Positions 1-9,422 of a stretch of 64,000 nucleotides of DNA are shown one piece after another. The number at the start of each line of letters is the position of its first letter. Positions within the stretch are counted from its first letter, which is position 1. The position numbers and the translations under genes were made by a program. Under the pieces are notes generated by a model that worked only from the letters and a program-made list of their open reading frames with translations, was not told where the DNA came from and did not search any database. Source of the stretch: Longimicrobiales bacterium (GTDB lineage Bacteria > Gemmatimonadota > Gemmatimonadetes > Longimicrobiales > Gaopeijiaceae); the NCBI GenBank assembly GCA_965204735.1, contig OZ242008.1:896001-960000 (forward strand), given 5' to 3'.

Positions 1-480
1 CCACTCAGGCGGGGTTCGTTCGGTATGGTCGACCGACAGCGAGTAGTTGCCGTCCGCCGGAGGGTTCTCTTCCACATAGCGGATGTTGCGCAGGATGCCG
101 GCCGGCGTCTCTGGACCGAAGGGCCTGGACACCGAAGCGACTGCGCCGTCTTCGACCGACGCCGCATGTTGCGCCAATGGTTCGGCAACGGCGACGAGCA
201 GGTATGCGGTCACTCCCGCGACCAAGCCGGCCCGCAAGGCGTCCGCCGCGCCTCTTTGACCCAGGACGCCGTGAAGCCGGCAACCCGCCGCGAACGCCGC
301 GAAGGGGAGCACGAACCCCAAGTCCCTGGCCACGATCCCCAGCCAGTCCAAGATCGATCTGGAACGGCCATGGGGCCCGCCGACGAACTCGAAGCCGAGG
401 AGCAGCAACGTCAGCGCACCAGCCCATCCGAAGGCAGCCCCAAGGGCTGGAACGACGCGTCCGACGGTTCCGCGTCGGGT
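1..480 (-). CDS. Membrane protein, partial (runs off the window start; start codon unresolved)
   Basis: Hand translation gives a stop-free minus frame with hydrophobic segments (VVPALGAAFGWAGALTLLLLGF, DLGFVLPFAAFAAG, AGLVAGVTAYLLVAVA). Not in the ORF track because it has no stop inside the window. Confidence 0.55.
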
Positions 481-496
481 TCCTCTGGAGGAGGCG

Positions 497-712
497 CTAA
501 TGTCGGTTGCCTCCGCACTCTTCGTCGGACTTGCAGCTGGCGGGGGAAAACCAGCAGCAGTCTCGGCAACAGTAGGCCTCGGGACCCTCGCCTCGGCAGC
601 AGTCGACGGGGCCGGTCGAGGCCGGTTGCGGCTGTGGACGTGCCGACATTCGGCCCCCGAATGCCAGCAGGGCGTTCAGGACGACGAGAGCTGCGATGAT
701 CCGCTTCTCCAT
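497..712 (-). CDS. Small secreted cysteine-rich peptide (71 aa, 8 Cys)
   Basis: MEKRIIAALVVLNALLAFGG signal-like N-terminus; mature part DCCRGEGPEAYCCRDCCWFSPASCKSDEEC; AGGGA upstream of the ATG at 712. Confidence 0.75.
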   Translation of the reverse strand: MEKRIIAALVVLNALLAFGGRMSARPQPQPASTGPVDCCRGEGPEAYCCRDCCWFSPASCKSDEECGGNRH

Positions 713-1209
713 GATGTGTTCCCTGTGTGGTTGGTGCGAATGATGTGGTTGGTCGGTGATGCCGCTATCTCGCGCAGCTTGGTGCCGTGACCCTCTGCCA
801 CGACCTGCCCATCTCGGTCGAGGGCGAAGACCCACGGCGTCCGACGAACGATTGCCCCGTCAGCCGTCCCGACGGCAACGCCCCATGCTTTGGCTCCCGC
901 GTACGCCGGGCTTGGCGACAAGGCGATCACCGCGAACGGGCGTTCATCCGACTCCCTCAACCACTGGACCCAATCGGCCGCGACCCGGTCGGAGTGGGGG
1001 CATTCGGGATCGAAAACGAATGCTAGGAGCGGCGTGCCGGATGCCAGACGACGCCCCGTACCGTCAGGGCCCGTGAAGCGGACGCTCGACAAGTCGGCAC
1101 CAACACCGATCGGCCCGGAATTCGTGCTTGGCCGTTCCTTTCCCATCGCAAACACCTGGACGCCCGCCAGAGCCAAAAGGCCGATGCTGCACACTCGGCT
1201 CGCGCTCAT
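676..1209 (-). CDS. Thioredoxin-fold (TlpA/redoxin-like) exported protein, CxxS
   Basis: Signal/TM segment; LLAFVFDPECPHS; RRTPWVFALDRDGQVV (cis-Pro loop). Confidence 0.65.
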   Translation of the reverse strand: MSASRVCSIGLLALAGVQVFAMGKERPSTNSGPIGVGADLSSVRFTGPDGTGRRLASGTPLLAFVFDPECPHSDRVAADWVQWLRESDERPFAVIALSPSPAYAGAKAWGVAVGTADGAIVRRTPWVFALDRDGQVVAEGHGTKLREIAASPTNHIIRTNHTGNTSWRSGSSQLSSS

Positions 1210-1808
1210 GGTGCGGACTGTACCGCAAAGTGTGGAATCGGCGCTCCTGCTTCAACCCATTCCTGGATCTCTCCAAGCCCCACCATCCGTGCAAGCACGC
1301 GTTCGTTGGCAACTGACCGCTGGTCGCCTTCGACCGCCAGGGTCCGACGGACAATGATGATCTGCGGCGTTCCGGCCGGACCAGGCAGGTCCTCGTATAC
1401 GTATCTGCGGATGCCTTCGTTGAACCATCCGTGTCCAGCTGTCGTCTCGTCGAACGCACCAAATTTCTGGAGGTGCTTCATGCCTGTGGCTGCACTGCGG
1501 TCGCGGGCGATCCCCACGGCCGCGAACGCCGCACCGGCCGACTGAACGCGCCGTTGAAGGTTGATCTTCAGCTTTCGCACGAGATACGGGAGGCCCGGAG
1601 CGTTGGACCAGTAGCAAGAGGAGGATCCCAGGTAGACCAGGAGAACCTCTTCCCCGGGTTCGACCGGGGACGCGGGAACGTACCGACTGGACTCGACGGC
1701 GGGCACTCGCCATGCGATACTCACGTCCGGCACCGGCATCAAGCCCACAGCGCCGAGCATGAAGCCGATGCCGAGCACAGTGCCAGCCGCAACCAGATTG
1801 CGTCTCAT
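1206..1808 (-). CDS. Membrane-anchored thioredoxin-fold-like protein (single Cys)
   Basis: N-terminal TM; VLLVYLGSSSCYWS; GTPQIIIVRR; 4-nt overlaps with both neighbours. Confidence 0.55.
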   Translation of the reverse strand: MRRNLVAAGTVLGIGFMLGAVGLMPVPDVSIAWRVPAVESSRYVPASPVEPGEEVLLVYLGSSSCYWSNAPGLPYLVRKLKINLQRRVQSAGAAFAAVGIARDRSAATGMKHLQKFGAFDETTAGHGWFNEGIRRYVYEDLPGPAGTPQIIIVRRTLAVEGDQRSVANERVLARMVGLGEIQEWVEAGAPIPHFAVQSAP

Positions 1809-3040
1809 GTCGCCTCCCGTTGCTTGGGGAAGACGCGGACTTCAACTGCAGGATAGGGATCAGTGTATACAGCCACGTACCGATTTGCTCCGACCGCCTT
1901 GATCATGGGCAACGAGTCGCTGATCCAAGCCCCGTGACCCGAGTTCACGTCTACAAGATAGCTGCGAACGGTTTGCCCGACCGGCTTTGTCGGATCGTCT
2001 TCCCGGGGTCCTTCGAGATACGATTGCAACAGGAGCACGCTTCGCGACACGCGGACTGCCCCCTCGATTGTTTCCGATGGTCCGTCGCCTGTGAACTGTA
2101 CATATGGAGTGCCGTTGGGCTCCATGCCGGAAGTGATCTGCATTTGAGCGAAGTCCTCCACCCATGCAGACCAAAGCGAAGTTCGTTGCATCAGCTCGTA
2201 TGATCGCACAATCGGCAGGTACTGAAACGCGTACACGACGCGCGGTGGCGAATCGAAGCAACCAATCGGTCCGTCCGACAGCTGGTTGCCAATGAGGGCG
2301 TGTCGCGTACGGTACCCCTCCCCGAAGTGTTGGACCATCTCGCCTTCGTGGACGTCCACCTCGTGGATGATCGTGTTGTCCTCTTCCCATCCCGACACGA
2401 AGACGCGGCCTTTCACCGAACAGATGCCTTCAGGAACCAGCGGGACACTCGCCGTCCTGACGTACTTGTAGCCGTCGTCCGATCGGGCGAAGATCTTCAG
2501 CTGGTTGCCGCGATCCGCAACGACCATCAGATCGTCGGCCAGCACTTCAATCCCCTTGGGGTCTCTGAACTCGCTGGGCCCCTCGCCCGCGTCGCCGACG
2601 GCGAAAAGGTACTCTCCCGTCGGATCGAAAACGCGCACTTGGTGATTTCGTCGGTCGAGCACGAACAGGTTGTCGTCCCCGTCCATCGCAACGTCGGCGA
2701 CGAGGCCGAAGACTTCCGGCCCCGTCGAATCGAGGCCCAGCTCACCGAGCCTGACGACCGGCTGGGCAGCGAGAAGAGCGTCCCGCGCTGCGAGCCATGC
2801 GAGGGAGTCGTCCGGCGAAAGCACACCGTCCGGAAAGGGACCGCCGACGATTGTGGGACTGCCCGCCGCGGGAACGTTCTCTGGTGTGGGGTGGAACGTA
2901 GGGCTCGGCGTGGCATCCACGCACGCCAGCGTCGCCAGCACGAGAATCGACGGAGCTGGCCGTCGGCTCGATGCGGTGCCGGTTCGAAACATCAGCATTT
3001 CCACAGCTCCTGTATCTTGGGTGTGGTAGGAGAAGATCAT
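1805..3040 (-). CDS. 6-bladed beta-propeller (NHL-repeat) probable lipoprotein
   Basis: LATLAC lipobox-like; FGLVADVAMDGDDNLFVLDRRNHQVRVFD and GEGPSEFRDPKGI repeats. True start may be a later Met. Confidence 0.75.
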   Translation of the reverse strand: MIFSYHTQDTGAVEMLMFRTGTASSRRPAPSILVLATLACVDATPSPTFHPTPENVPAAGSPTIVGGPFPDGVLSPDDSLAWLAARDALLAAQPVVRLGELGLDSTGPEVFGLVADVAMDGDDNLFVLDRRNHQVRVFDPTGEYLFAVGDAGEGPSEFRDPKGIEVLADDLMVVADRGNQLKIFARSDDGYKYVRTASVPLVPEGICSVKGRVFVSGWEEDNTIIHEVDVHEGEMVQHFGEGYRTRHALIGNQLSDGPIGCFDSPPRVVYAFQYLPIVRSYELMQRTSLWSAWVEDFAQMQITSGMEPNGTPYVQFTGDGPSETIEGAVRVSRSVLLLQSYLEGPREDDPTKPVGQTVRSYLVDVNSGHGAWISDSLPMIKAVGANRYVAVYTDPYPAVEVRVFPKQREAT

Positions 3041-3110
3041 TCCAAGCGGCTCTCCGGCCAGAGGCCGCGACTAGCATTAGTAGCGACCTCTGGCCGGAGA
3101 CTGTGGGGCC

Positions 3111-3361
3111 TCAGGCGGGCCGGCACGCGGTTGTCTTGCAGCCGCTGCCCTGCATCGTGCAGGCGGTGCCCTCGCCAGGGTTGTCCTGGCACCACCGCCC
3201 GCGTTCGCACTCGTCCGCCTCGCAGGCGGGCCCCTGTGCTTTTGCCGGCGGTGGGGTCACCAGCCCGGCAACGATGGTGCCGCCGATGCCGCCGACGGCC
3301 AGGACCCGAGGAGTCCCAGGCTTGTCGCCAGGATTCTCGGGATTCGGGAAACGAGGTCCAT
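3111..3361 (-). pseudogene. Secreted Cys-rich peptide (6 Cys) split by a 1-nt frameshift at about 3305-3307
   Basis: GAGGAGG RBS plus ATG at 3361 (MDLVSRIPRILATSLGLLG) continues in another frame as VLAVGGIGGTIVAGLVTPPPAKAQGPACEADECERGRWCQDNPGEGTACTMQGSGCKTTACRPA. One extra G in the GGG run restores the ORF. Confidence 0.65.
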
Positions 3362-3544
3362 GTCTTCCTCCTCTCGGTTGCGTGTTGGACCTGTACTCTG
3401 ACAACCGAATACGTGGAAAAACGTGGAAGGACGGAGTTCCGCAAGGGTGTTCCGAGCGTTGTTCCGGCTGGCGGAGAGCGTTGCCGCCAAAGGGCTTGGC
3501 CAAGTCCAGGACCACCGTAAGAGCGGAGAGGAAGCTGGCGGCGG

Positions 3545-3684
3545 CTTCCCCGGGAAGGGGCTTGGCACCGCGTCGCGTACTCGAGTCCACCTATCGGCGC
3601 GCCGCCTGGCCCTTGGCCTCGGCGTCGGCCAGGTCCCAGGCGACGGCCTCCACGAATCGCTTGTTCTTGGCCAGTCCGAAAATG
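3545..3684 (-). mobile_element. IS1380-family transposase relic, internal fragment
   Basis: Minus frame IFGLAKNKRFVEAVAWDLADAEAKGQAARR*, then LEYATR in a shifted frame; resembles the IS1380 FGLAKN...ARR...Y.T segment. Confidence 0.55.
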
Positions 3685-4121
3685 GGCTCTTCCCCTGTTT
3701 CGGTGGGCCGTAGTAGGATGAACGGGAGGACGGCGTGACTCTTGGAGCGAGGAGAGCGAACGGAGATGCGGGAGTGGGTGGAGCGGCTGATGGGGCTGGG
3801 GCCGGAGTGGCGGATCGAGCACGTGGACGAGGACTCGGAACGCCAGGAGGCGCGGGTGGTGCTGGCGTGCAGGGCGGGCTCGCCTTTGCGGTGCCCGGAG
3901 TGCGGGCGGACGTGTCCGGGCTACGACGTGCGGCGCCGGGAGTGGCGCGGGCTGGACGCATGGGGATACAAGACGTTCGTGGTCCACGACGTGCCGCGGG
4001 TGGAGTGTCCGGAGCGCGGGGTGGTGCCGACGCGTGTGCCGTGGGCGGAGGGGCGGTCGAGGTACACGGCGGCGTTCGAGTCGCTGGTGATCGGCTGGTT
4101 GCGCGAGGCGAGCGTGCTTGC
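3685..4121 (+). mobile_element. ISL3-family element, left end and truncated transposase
   Basis: GGCTCTT terminus at 3685; ATG at 3766; CPECG zinc ribbon, [30 protein letters not shown]. Confidence 0.85.
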
Positions 4122-4199
4122 GGCCGCTTGGCGCAGGAGCCGTGCGCCGGCGTTGGACGAGACGGCCCCGCCGTCGAAGGCGGCCACCACCTTGCGTCC
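4122..4199 (-). mobile_element. IS1380-family transposase relic, N-terminal fragment
   Basis: [22 protein letters not shown] matches the IS1380 N-terminal FDGG.. S(D/N)AG.LL motif. Confidence 0.7.
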
Positions 4200-5433
4200 G
4201 CTCAAGGCTTGCTGGTCCGTGGTGGCGTTGAGCGCGGTGGCGCCGTCGCTCTTTCCTGTGTCCGGCACGCCGCTTCGGGCTCAAGACGTCCTTCCGCTCC
4301 CCGCCGCCGACCAGCCGCTCGAGGGCGACCTGCAGAACGTCTACCGGATCGGCGGCGCCGACGGCGAAGCATGGGAAAGCTTCGGCAGCATCGACGGGCT
4401 GGCCTTCGACTCCGAGGGGAGACTGCACGTGTTCGACGGGACGTCGCTCCAGATCGTGGTCGTCGACCCGGAGGGCGGCTTCGTCCGCATGGTCGGCAAG
4501 AAGGGAGAAGGACCTGGCGAGTTCAGTTCCGCGGCGGGGGCGAGCTTCACCGTCTTGAGGAGCGGTCGCGTCGTCGTGTACGAGATGGTTCGGAGGACAT
4601 TCCACGTCTTTGGTCCCGCCGGCGACTTCGAGCGCACGGTTCCTCTGCCTTCTGATGGTTCCTATCTCGTCCGGATCCCCGGACTGCAAGCCACTGCCGA
4701 CGGAGATGTGATCTCCACCGGGGCTGTGGGCCGCTTCATGCGAGACGAGGACGGTCTGTCTTCCGCGACGGCTGCTTTCGTGGAGCGCTTTGTTCTGGCC
4801 GGCGAGGAGGCCGTTTCGGAGGCCGTTGTCGAAGCGTGGCGGCCGGACGGCGAGCTGGCCTTGGCGCCCGAGCTGTTCGCAGGAACCCTTCCCGACGGGG
4901 GCGTCGCGTTCTCCGACACGTCGACGTACGCGATCAAGATCGTGGCCTCCGGCAACGCCAACGCCGTGTCTCGCGTGCTCGCGAGGCCCTTTCTGCCCGC
5001 GTCCGTGACAGACCGCATTCGCGACGCCCACAGAGAGGACTTGCTGGCCCAAGCCGACCGGATGGAGCGCAACGCCGAGCGAGCCGGACTGAGTGGATTG
5101 GCCGCCATGGGCGTCAACTTCCTTCGGCAAGAAGCCAAGGACGCCGAATTCTACCACGAGTTTCCGGTCGTCGGCGGCCTGAAGACCGGCTGGGACGGCG
5201 CGATCTGGGTCCAGCGCAACGGCGATCTGCCGGGCGAAGAAGGTCCCATCGACATCTTGACCGCCGACGGTCGCTACTACGTGGGCACCATGGCCCCCGG
5301 CTCGCCCGCCATGCCCGACGCGTTCGGCCCCGAAGGACTTCTCGCCTTTGAAGAAGCCGACGAGCTCGACGTGCCGGTCGTCGTCGTGCGTCGGTTGCCG
5401 CCGGAGTTCCTGAAGCCACCGAGTCGCCAGTGA
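4192..5433 (+). CDS. Secreted 6-bladed beta-propeller protein
   Basis: Signal ending [36 protein letters not shown]-terminal [13 protein letters not shown]. Start (TTG 4192) uncertain; in frame with the ISL3 fragment. Confidence 0.75.
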   Translation: MRPLKACWSVVALSAVAPSLFPVSGTPLRAQDVLPLPAADQPLEGDLQNVYRIGGADGEAWESFGSIDGLAFDSEGRLHVFDGTSLQIVVVDPEGGFVRMVGKKGEGPGEFSSAAGASFTVLRSGRVVVYEMVRRTFHVFGPAGDFERTVPLPSDGSYLVRIPGLQATADGDVISTGAVGRFMRDEDGLSSATAAFVERFVLAGEEAVSEAVVEAWRPDGELALAPELFAGTLPDGGVAFSDTSTYAIKIVASGNANAVSRVLARPFLPASVTDRIRDAHREDLLAQADRMERNAERAGLSGLAAMGVNFLRQEAKDAEFYHEFPVVGGLKTGWDGAIWVQRNGDLPGEEGPIDILTADGRYYVGTMAPGSPAMPDAFGPEGLLAFEEADELDVPVVVVRRLPPEFLKPPSRQ

Positions 5434-5700
5434 CCTCTTGGTCTGGATCGCCCCAGGAACTCCTCCGTTCGCTGAGCCCCGCGGAGATTGAGGCTGCGCC
5501 AGAGTGCCTCTACTGGAAGGGGGCGCCGCTCGTTGCTGGACGTCGGAACCGGGTGGCGGTGGTCGGGTCGCGCCGGGCTACAGCCCAGGGACTGGCCCAG
5601 GCAGAGGCAGCTAGCTAGCTAGCTAGGCTAGGCTAGTGTCCCAGTTTCCGCCTGGAACGCTTCCGCAACGCGCCAACTTCCCCCGCCGAAACCCTGCTGG
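5430..5700 (+). pseudogene. dprA: DprA/Smf DNA-processing protein, internally deleted
   Basis: PECLYWKG...VAVVGSRRAT, stop within a CTAG array, then LVSQFPPGTLPQRANFPRRN. Confidence 0.75.
5611..5636. repeat. CTAG micro-array (6 copies)
   Basis: ctagctagctagctaggctaggctag. Confidence 0.95.
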
Positions 5701-5820
5701 AGGAAGGCACTTTGGATCGCGTGATCGACGACATGCCCTACCGAAGCGGTGAATCGCTTGTCTTCTGACGTCGTCCGGTTCGGATCGTCGCTTGTCTATC
5801 GTCCAGGCCTGCTGCGCAGG

Positions 5821-5892
5821 AACGTCCTCGAGGCCGCGGTCAACGCCGTTGCCCACCGGGACTACGCCATCAAGGTCTCGTTGCGGGTCTGA
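5821..5892 (+). pseudogene. Fragment of a HATPase_c_4 (RecG-C-like) domain gene
   Basis: NVLEAAVNAVAHRDYAIK in a short frame with no clear start. Confidence 0.55.
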
Positions 5893-5979
5893 CGATCCGC
5901 GGCAGGTGGCTGGACGAGGATTGCGAGGCAGGCCATATTGTAAGCTTGGGTCCCCCAAATCTCAGGTGAGGAGCATGCC

Positions 5980-6399
5980 ATGGCCAGTCCCCATCACGAC
6001 GACTACCCTCGCGCCGCCCGCCGGCACTTGGTCGACGCCACGGTGCTCAAGACGCGCCAGCGCTACGACGGCGCGGCCTATCTTGCGGGATACGTGGTCG
6101 AATGCAGCCTCAAGGCACTGATCAAGGCGGAGACGGGACAGGTGGACCGAACTCACGACTTGTCCAGGTTGCGCGACACCCTAACTCGCCTCATCCGCCT
6201 TGCCGATGCTCGAACCGCTCGACTTGCCGAACCTCTGGTTGGTCTTCTGCGGTGCTCTGGGGTTCTCGCATGGGACCCCCAGATGCGTTACCGGACTTCC
6301 GAGGTTGGGGCCGATCAAGCACAAAGATGGGTTCTCGATGCACAAGTCGTCTATTCGGCCGTAATCGGCGCTATGACTATGGACGGTCTGATCCCATGA
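5980..6399 (+). CDS. HEPN domain protein
   Basis: YDGAAYLAGYVVECSLKALI, THDL, WDPQMRY; GAGGAG RBS. Confidence 0.8.
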   Translation: MASPHHDDYPRAARRHLVDATVLKTRQRYDGAAYLAGYVVECSLKALIKAETGQVDRTHDLSRLRDTLTRLIRLADARTARLAEPLVGLLRCSGVLAWDPQMRYRTSEVGADQAQRWVLDAQVVYSAVIGAMTMDGLIP

Positions 6400-7739
6400 A
6401 CCCCAGGTCGCTGGCCGCGAACGGCCCAATACGCCACTTCGACGACGCGTATGCGAACGCTGTTGCTTCCCTGGGAGACCTGCTCCAGACGAAGGCCGAC
6501 GGTTGGCGAGCCCTTCTGATCGCGGACCTGACCGGGCGGCTGCGCATCATTCTTTGGTGTCCCCCTGGGAGTTGGGACGAGGGGCAACGCAGCTTCGCCC
6601 AGGCGATGATCTCCGCCTGCGGACCGTACTGGTCGGGCGATGTTGTGCAGGGTCGCACGGGCAATGATCACCCGGATGCTTCTTGGCAGGAAGAGGCTTG
6701 GGAACAAGCGGAGAGCGTCGAAGGGCCTTGCCGCCGCTTGAGGACGATGCAACGGCACAGGGCCAAGTCGGCTTGGTTCGACACTCCAAACGACCCGCCG
6801 TGGCCAGGCGGCGAGAACAGCTGCACGATCGCGCTCTTCTACTCGTTCAAGGGGGGTGTTGGTCGCTCCACAGCCCTCGCCGCGGCCGCGTTGCGACTGG
6901 CCGCCGACGGAGAACGCGTTGTCGTCGTGGACGCCGACTTCGACGCTCCGGGCGTGGGGTCGTTCTTGCCCGATCGCGACGGCGCCACCTCCCGTCACGG
7001 AGCGGTCGACTACCTGCTTGAGCAACCCGTCTTGGCGACCGGCGATGCGGATGCCGTCATTGATGACTACCTTCACAGATGCTCCTTCACGCATTCCGGC
7101 ATCGACGGGGAAATACTTGTCCTTCCCGCCGGAACACTGAACACCGCCTTCATCCACAAGCTTGCGCGAGTAGGCTACGCACGTTCGTCGTCCGACGACA
7201 CGCATCCTTTTGTGTCTTTGTTGCAGACGATTCGAAAAACCCTGGAGCCTAGTTGGATACTGGTGGATTCGCGGGCGGGACTTGGGGAGATTTCCGGTCT
7301 TCTGACAAGCGGCCTGTGTCACATAAACGTGCTGTTCGGAGCGCTTGCGGAGGCAAGTTGGCATGGCGTCGGACTGTTGCTTGATCGACTGGGCGCGAGT
7401 CGGATGCGTGGAACAGCGTCTCGGCCTCAGGCGGAGTGCGTCTGGGTCGCTTCCATGGTGCCGCGTCGAGAACACAACACGATAGCCGCAAGGTTCGAGG
7501 AGCGGTCTCGCGACTTGTTTTCGGAAAGCTACTACGCCGACCCGAGCCTCGGAGAAAAATACTGGACGTTGGACGACTTGGAAGACGACGATGCTCCTCA
7601 TGTCCCAGTGACGGTGCTCTACGACTCGGCCCTCGCTGATATCGCGAACGTGAACGACGTCGCCGAGCACTTGCTTCAGTCATGGCCTTATAAACGCCTT
7701 GTCGATCGCTTGCGCACCTGTCGCGGGCGCTTGCCGTGA
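6396..7739 (+). CDS. ParA/MinD-like ATPase (KGGVGRS variant) with N-terminal extension
   Basis: FYSFKGGVGRST, VDADFDAPG, LVDSRAG; ATGA overlap with the HEPN gene. Confidence 0.85.
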   Translation: MNPRSLAANGPIRHFDDAYANAVASLGDLLQTKADGWRALLIADLTGRLRIILWCPPGSWDEGQRSFAQAMISACGPYWSGDVVQGRTGNDHPDASWQEEAWEQAESVEGPCRRLRTMQRHRAKSAWFDTPNDPPWPGGENSCTIALFYSFKGGVGRSTALAAAALRLAADGERVVVVDADFDAPGVGSFLPDRDGATSRHGAVDYLLEQPVLATGDADAVIDDYLHRCSFTHSGIDGEILVLPAGTLNTAFIHKLARVGYARSSSDDTHPFVSLLQTIRKTLEPSWILVDSRAGLGEISGLLTSGLCHINVLFGALAEASWHGVGLLLDRLGASRMRGTASRPQAECVWVASMVPRREHNTIAARFEERSRDLFSESYYADPSLGEKYWTLDDLEDDDAPHVPVTVLYDSALADIANVNDVAEHLLQSWPYKRLVDRLRTCRGRLP

Positions 7740-7749
7740 GGAAGTGGCG

Positions 7750-9252
7750 GTGACAGTCATGAAGCCGCTCACCAAGGCTCGTTGCGCGGCTCTCCGTTGG
7801 CAGCTGCGGGATCTCGGCTACGGCCAAGCCGAAGCCGAGTTGCCGGAGATGTTTCCCGTTAGACTGTATCCGGTTGCCGATCACCTGAGGGCCCTTGACC
7901 CGAGAGTGGTTTTGGTCGTCGGCTCGAGAGGGGCGGGAAAGAGCGAGCTGTTTCGAACTTTCTTCAAGCAAGAAGCAGATGTGCGCCACTCGGTCATGGG
8001 CTACGCCCCGTTCGCCAAGTCCCGGGTGCCGTCGTTCGAGAGCGCCCAATGGTTGCCCGCCTATCCCCAGGGCACGAACTTCCCGGACCAGTTATCTCTC
8101 AGTCGCAACATCCAGACCGACGAACAGGCTCAGCATGCATGGCATGCGATGCTTGTACGGTGTCTGCAGGACGAGCTTGACGAGAAGTTGTTGCATGAAC
8201 TCCAACCGATTCTTCAGCCCCGGGCAGCCGAGTTGGAGGCGATCCTGGAAGGAATGGAGTCGCTGACGGTTAGTCCGACCGTCGCATTGGACGCTTTGGA
8301 AGAAAGGTTGGCACATGAAGACAGGTGGCTGTTCGTGGGCTACGACGAACTGGACACGCTGGGCGGAACCCAGTGGTCCTTGATGGCAAGAATGATTAGA
8401 GGATTGATGGCGTTCTGGTCCGGCTACGGCAGGCGGTGGCAGCGCCTGCGAGCCAAGATTTTTCTCCGATCCGACCTCTTTCGGCGACACGCCGACATGG
8501 GCACTGCCGATTTTGCCAAGCTCGCCGCCAATCGTGCCGAGCTAGTGTGGTCGAACGCGGCGATCCTTGGGATGTTGGTCAAGAGGATCGCGAATACGTC
8601 GTCGGAGCTGGCGGAGTACTGCAGGGGTACGAAAACCAAAATCGGGTTCGAACAGCATGCCCGGCTGGGACTCATTCCACGAGTGGAGCGTCCAGAGGAC
8701 GCATTTCCGTTGTTGGAACGAATGGTTGGCGAGCACATGGGAGCCACCAGGAAGAAGGGCTATGTTCGCAACTGGATATTCACGCACTTGCATGACGGCA
8801 ACAAGCATATAAGCCCTCGAACGATGGTCCGGCTATTCGAGAACGCTGCCACCAAGGATGCGGCGAACCAACTAGTGTCCGCACCTCGGCTGCTGCACCC
8901 TACTGCCCTTCGGCAGGGCCTGAGCGACGTAGCGAGAGACCACGTCACCCAAGGACATCACGAGTGGCCGTGGCTGGAAGGGGTCGAACGTCGTCTCGCC
9001 GTGGAGCCGCTCGTACCATGGCCACGCAGGCGCTTCAATGCGCTGTTGTCGAAAGAGTGGAGCGGGGATTGGCATGCTTCCGGTCCTGCTGTTCGACCGC
9101 CGACCGATCGACCGGCCGACCTTGCCGACTACCTGATTGAACTGGGAATCGTGCGAAAGCGCACGGACGACAGGATCGACGTTCCTGATCTCTATCTGTT
9201 TGGTCTTGGCCTTCGACGCAAGGGAGGGGTCAAGGCGAGAGCTGGCGCGTAG
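7750..9252 (+). CDS. P-loop NTPase (Sll1717-like/STAND-like)
   Basis: Walker A VVGSRGAGKS, Walker B FVGYDELD, KIFLRSD, C-terminal VPDLYLFGLGLRRKG. Start uncertain (7744/7750/7759). Confidence 0.8.
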   Translation: MTVMKPLTKARCAALRWQLRDLGYGQAEAELPEMFPVRLYPVADHLRALDPRVVLVVGSRGAGKSELFRTFFKQEADVRHSVMGYAPFAKSRVPSFESAQWLPAYPQGTNFPDQLSLSRNIQTDEQAQHAWHAMLVRCLQDELDEKLLHELQPILQPRAAELEAILEGMESLTVSPTVALDALEERLAHEDRWLFVGYDELDTLGGTQWSLMARMIRGLMAFWSGYGRRWQRLRAKIFLRSDLFRRHADMGTADFAKLAANRAELVWSNAAILGMLVKRIANTSSELAEYCRGTKTKIGFEQHARLGLIPRVERPEDAFPLLERMVGEHMGATRKKGYVRNWIFTHLHDGNKHISPRTMVRLFENAATKDAANQLVSAPRLLHPTALRQGLSDVARDHVTQGHHEWPWLEGVERRLAVEPLVPWPRRRFNALLSKEWSGDWHASGPAVRPPTDRPADLADYLIELGIVRKRTDDRIDVPDLYLFGLGLRRKGGVKARAGA

Positions 9253-9422
9253 CAGGCAGGGCCGTCCGCGACGCGGCGGAGCCAGATGGCGGGCCTGCCG
9301 CCCCCCGGTAAGCATCCGGCTTCTTCGGCGTATCCTTGGGACCGCTCCGCGCAACGCGGGCGGGACGAACCCGGATCCCGCGCGACCGCAGGGACCCATC
9401 CCCCCGAGGAGAACCATCCGAA

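Noticed and set aside
3742..5433. 563-aa ORF as a real domesticated transposase fusion
   Set aside because: The junction is antisense IS1380 sequence and an internal signal peptide follows, so an accidental read-through is more likely.
6396..7739. Chromosome or plasmid partition locus
   Set aside because: No ParB, parS or rep gene; extra domains and a HEPN context.
9253..9422. SAM/SAH riboswitch upstream of metY
   Set aside because: I could not find the conserved core motifs; an Rfam scan would settle it.
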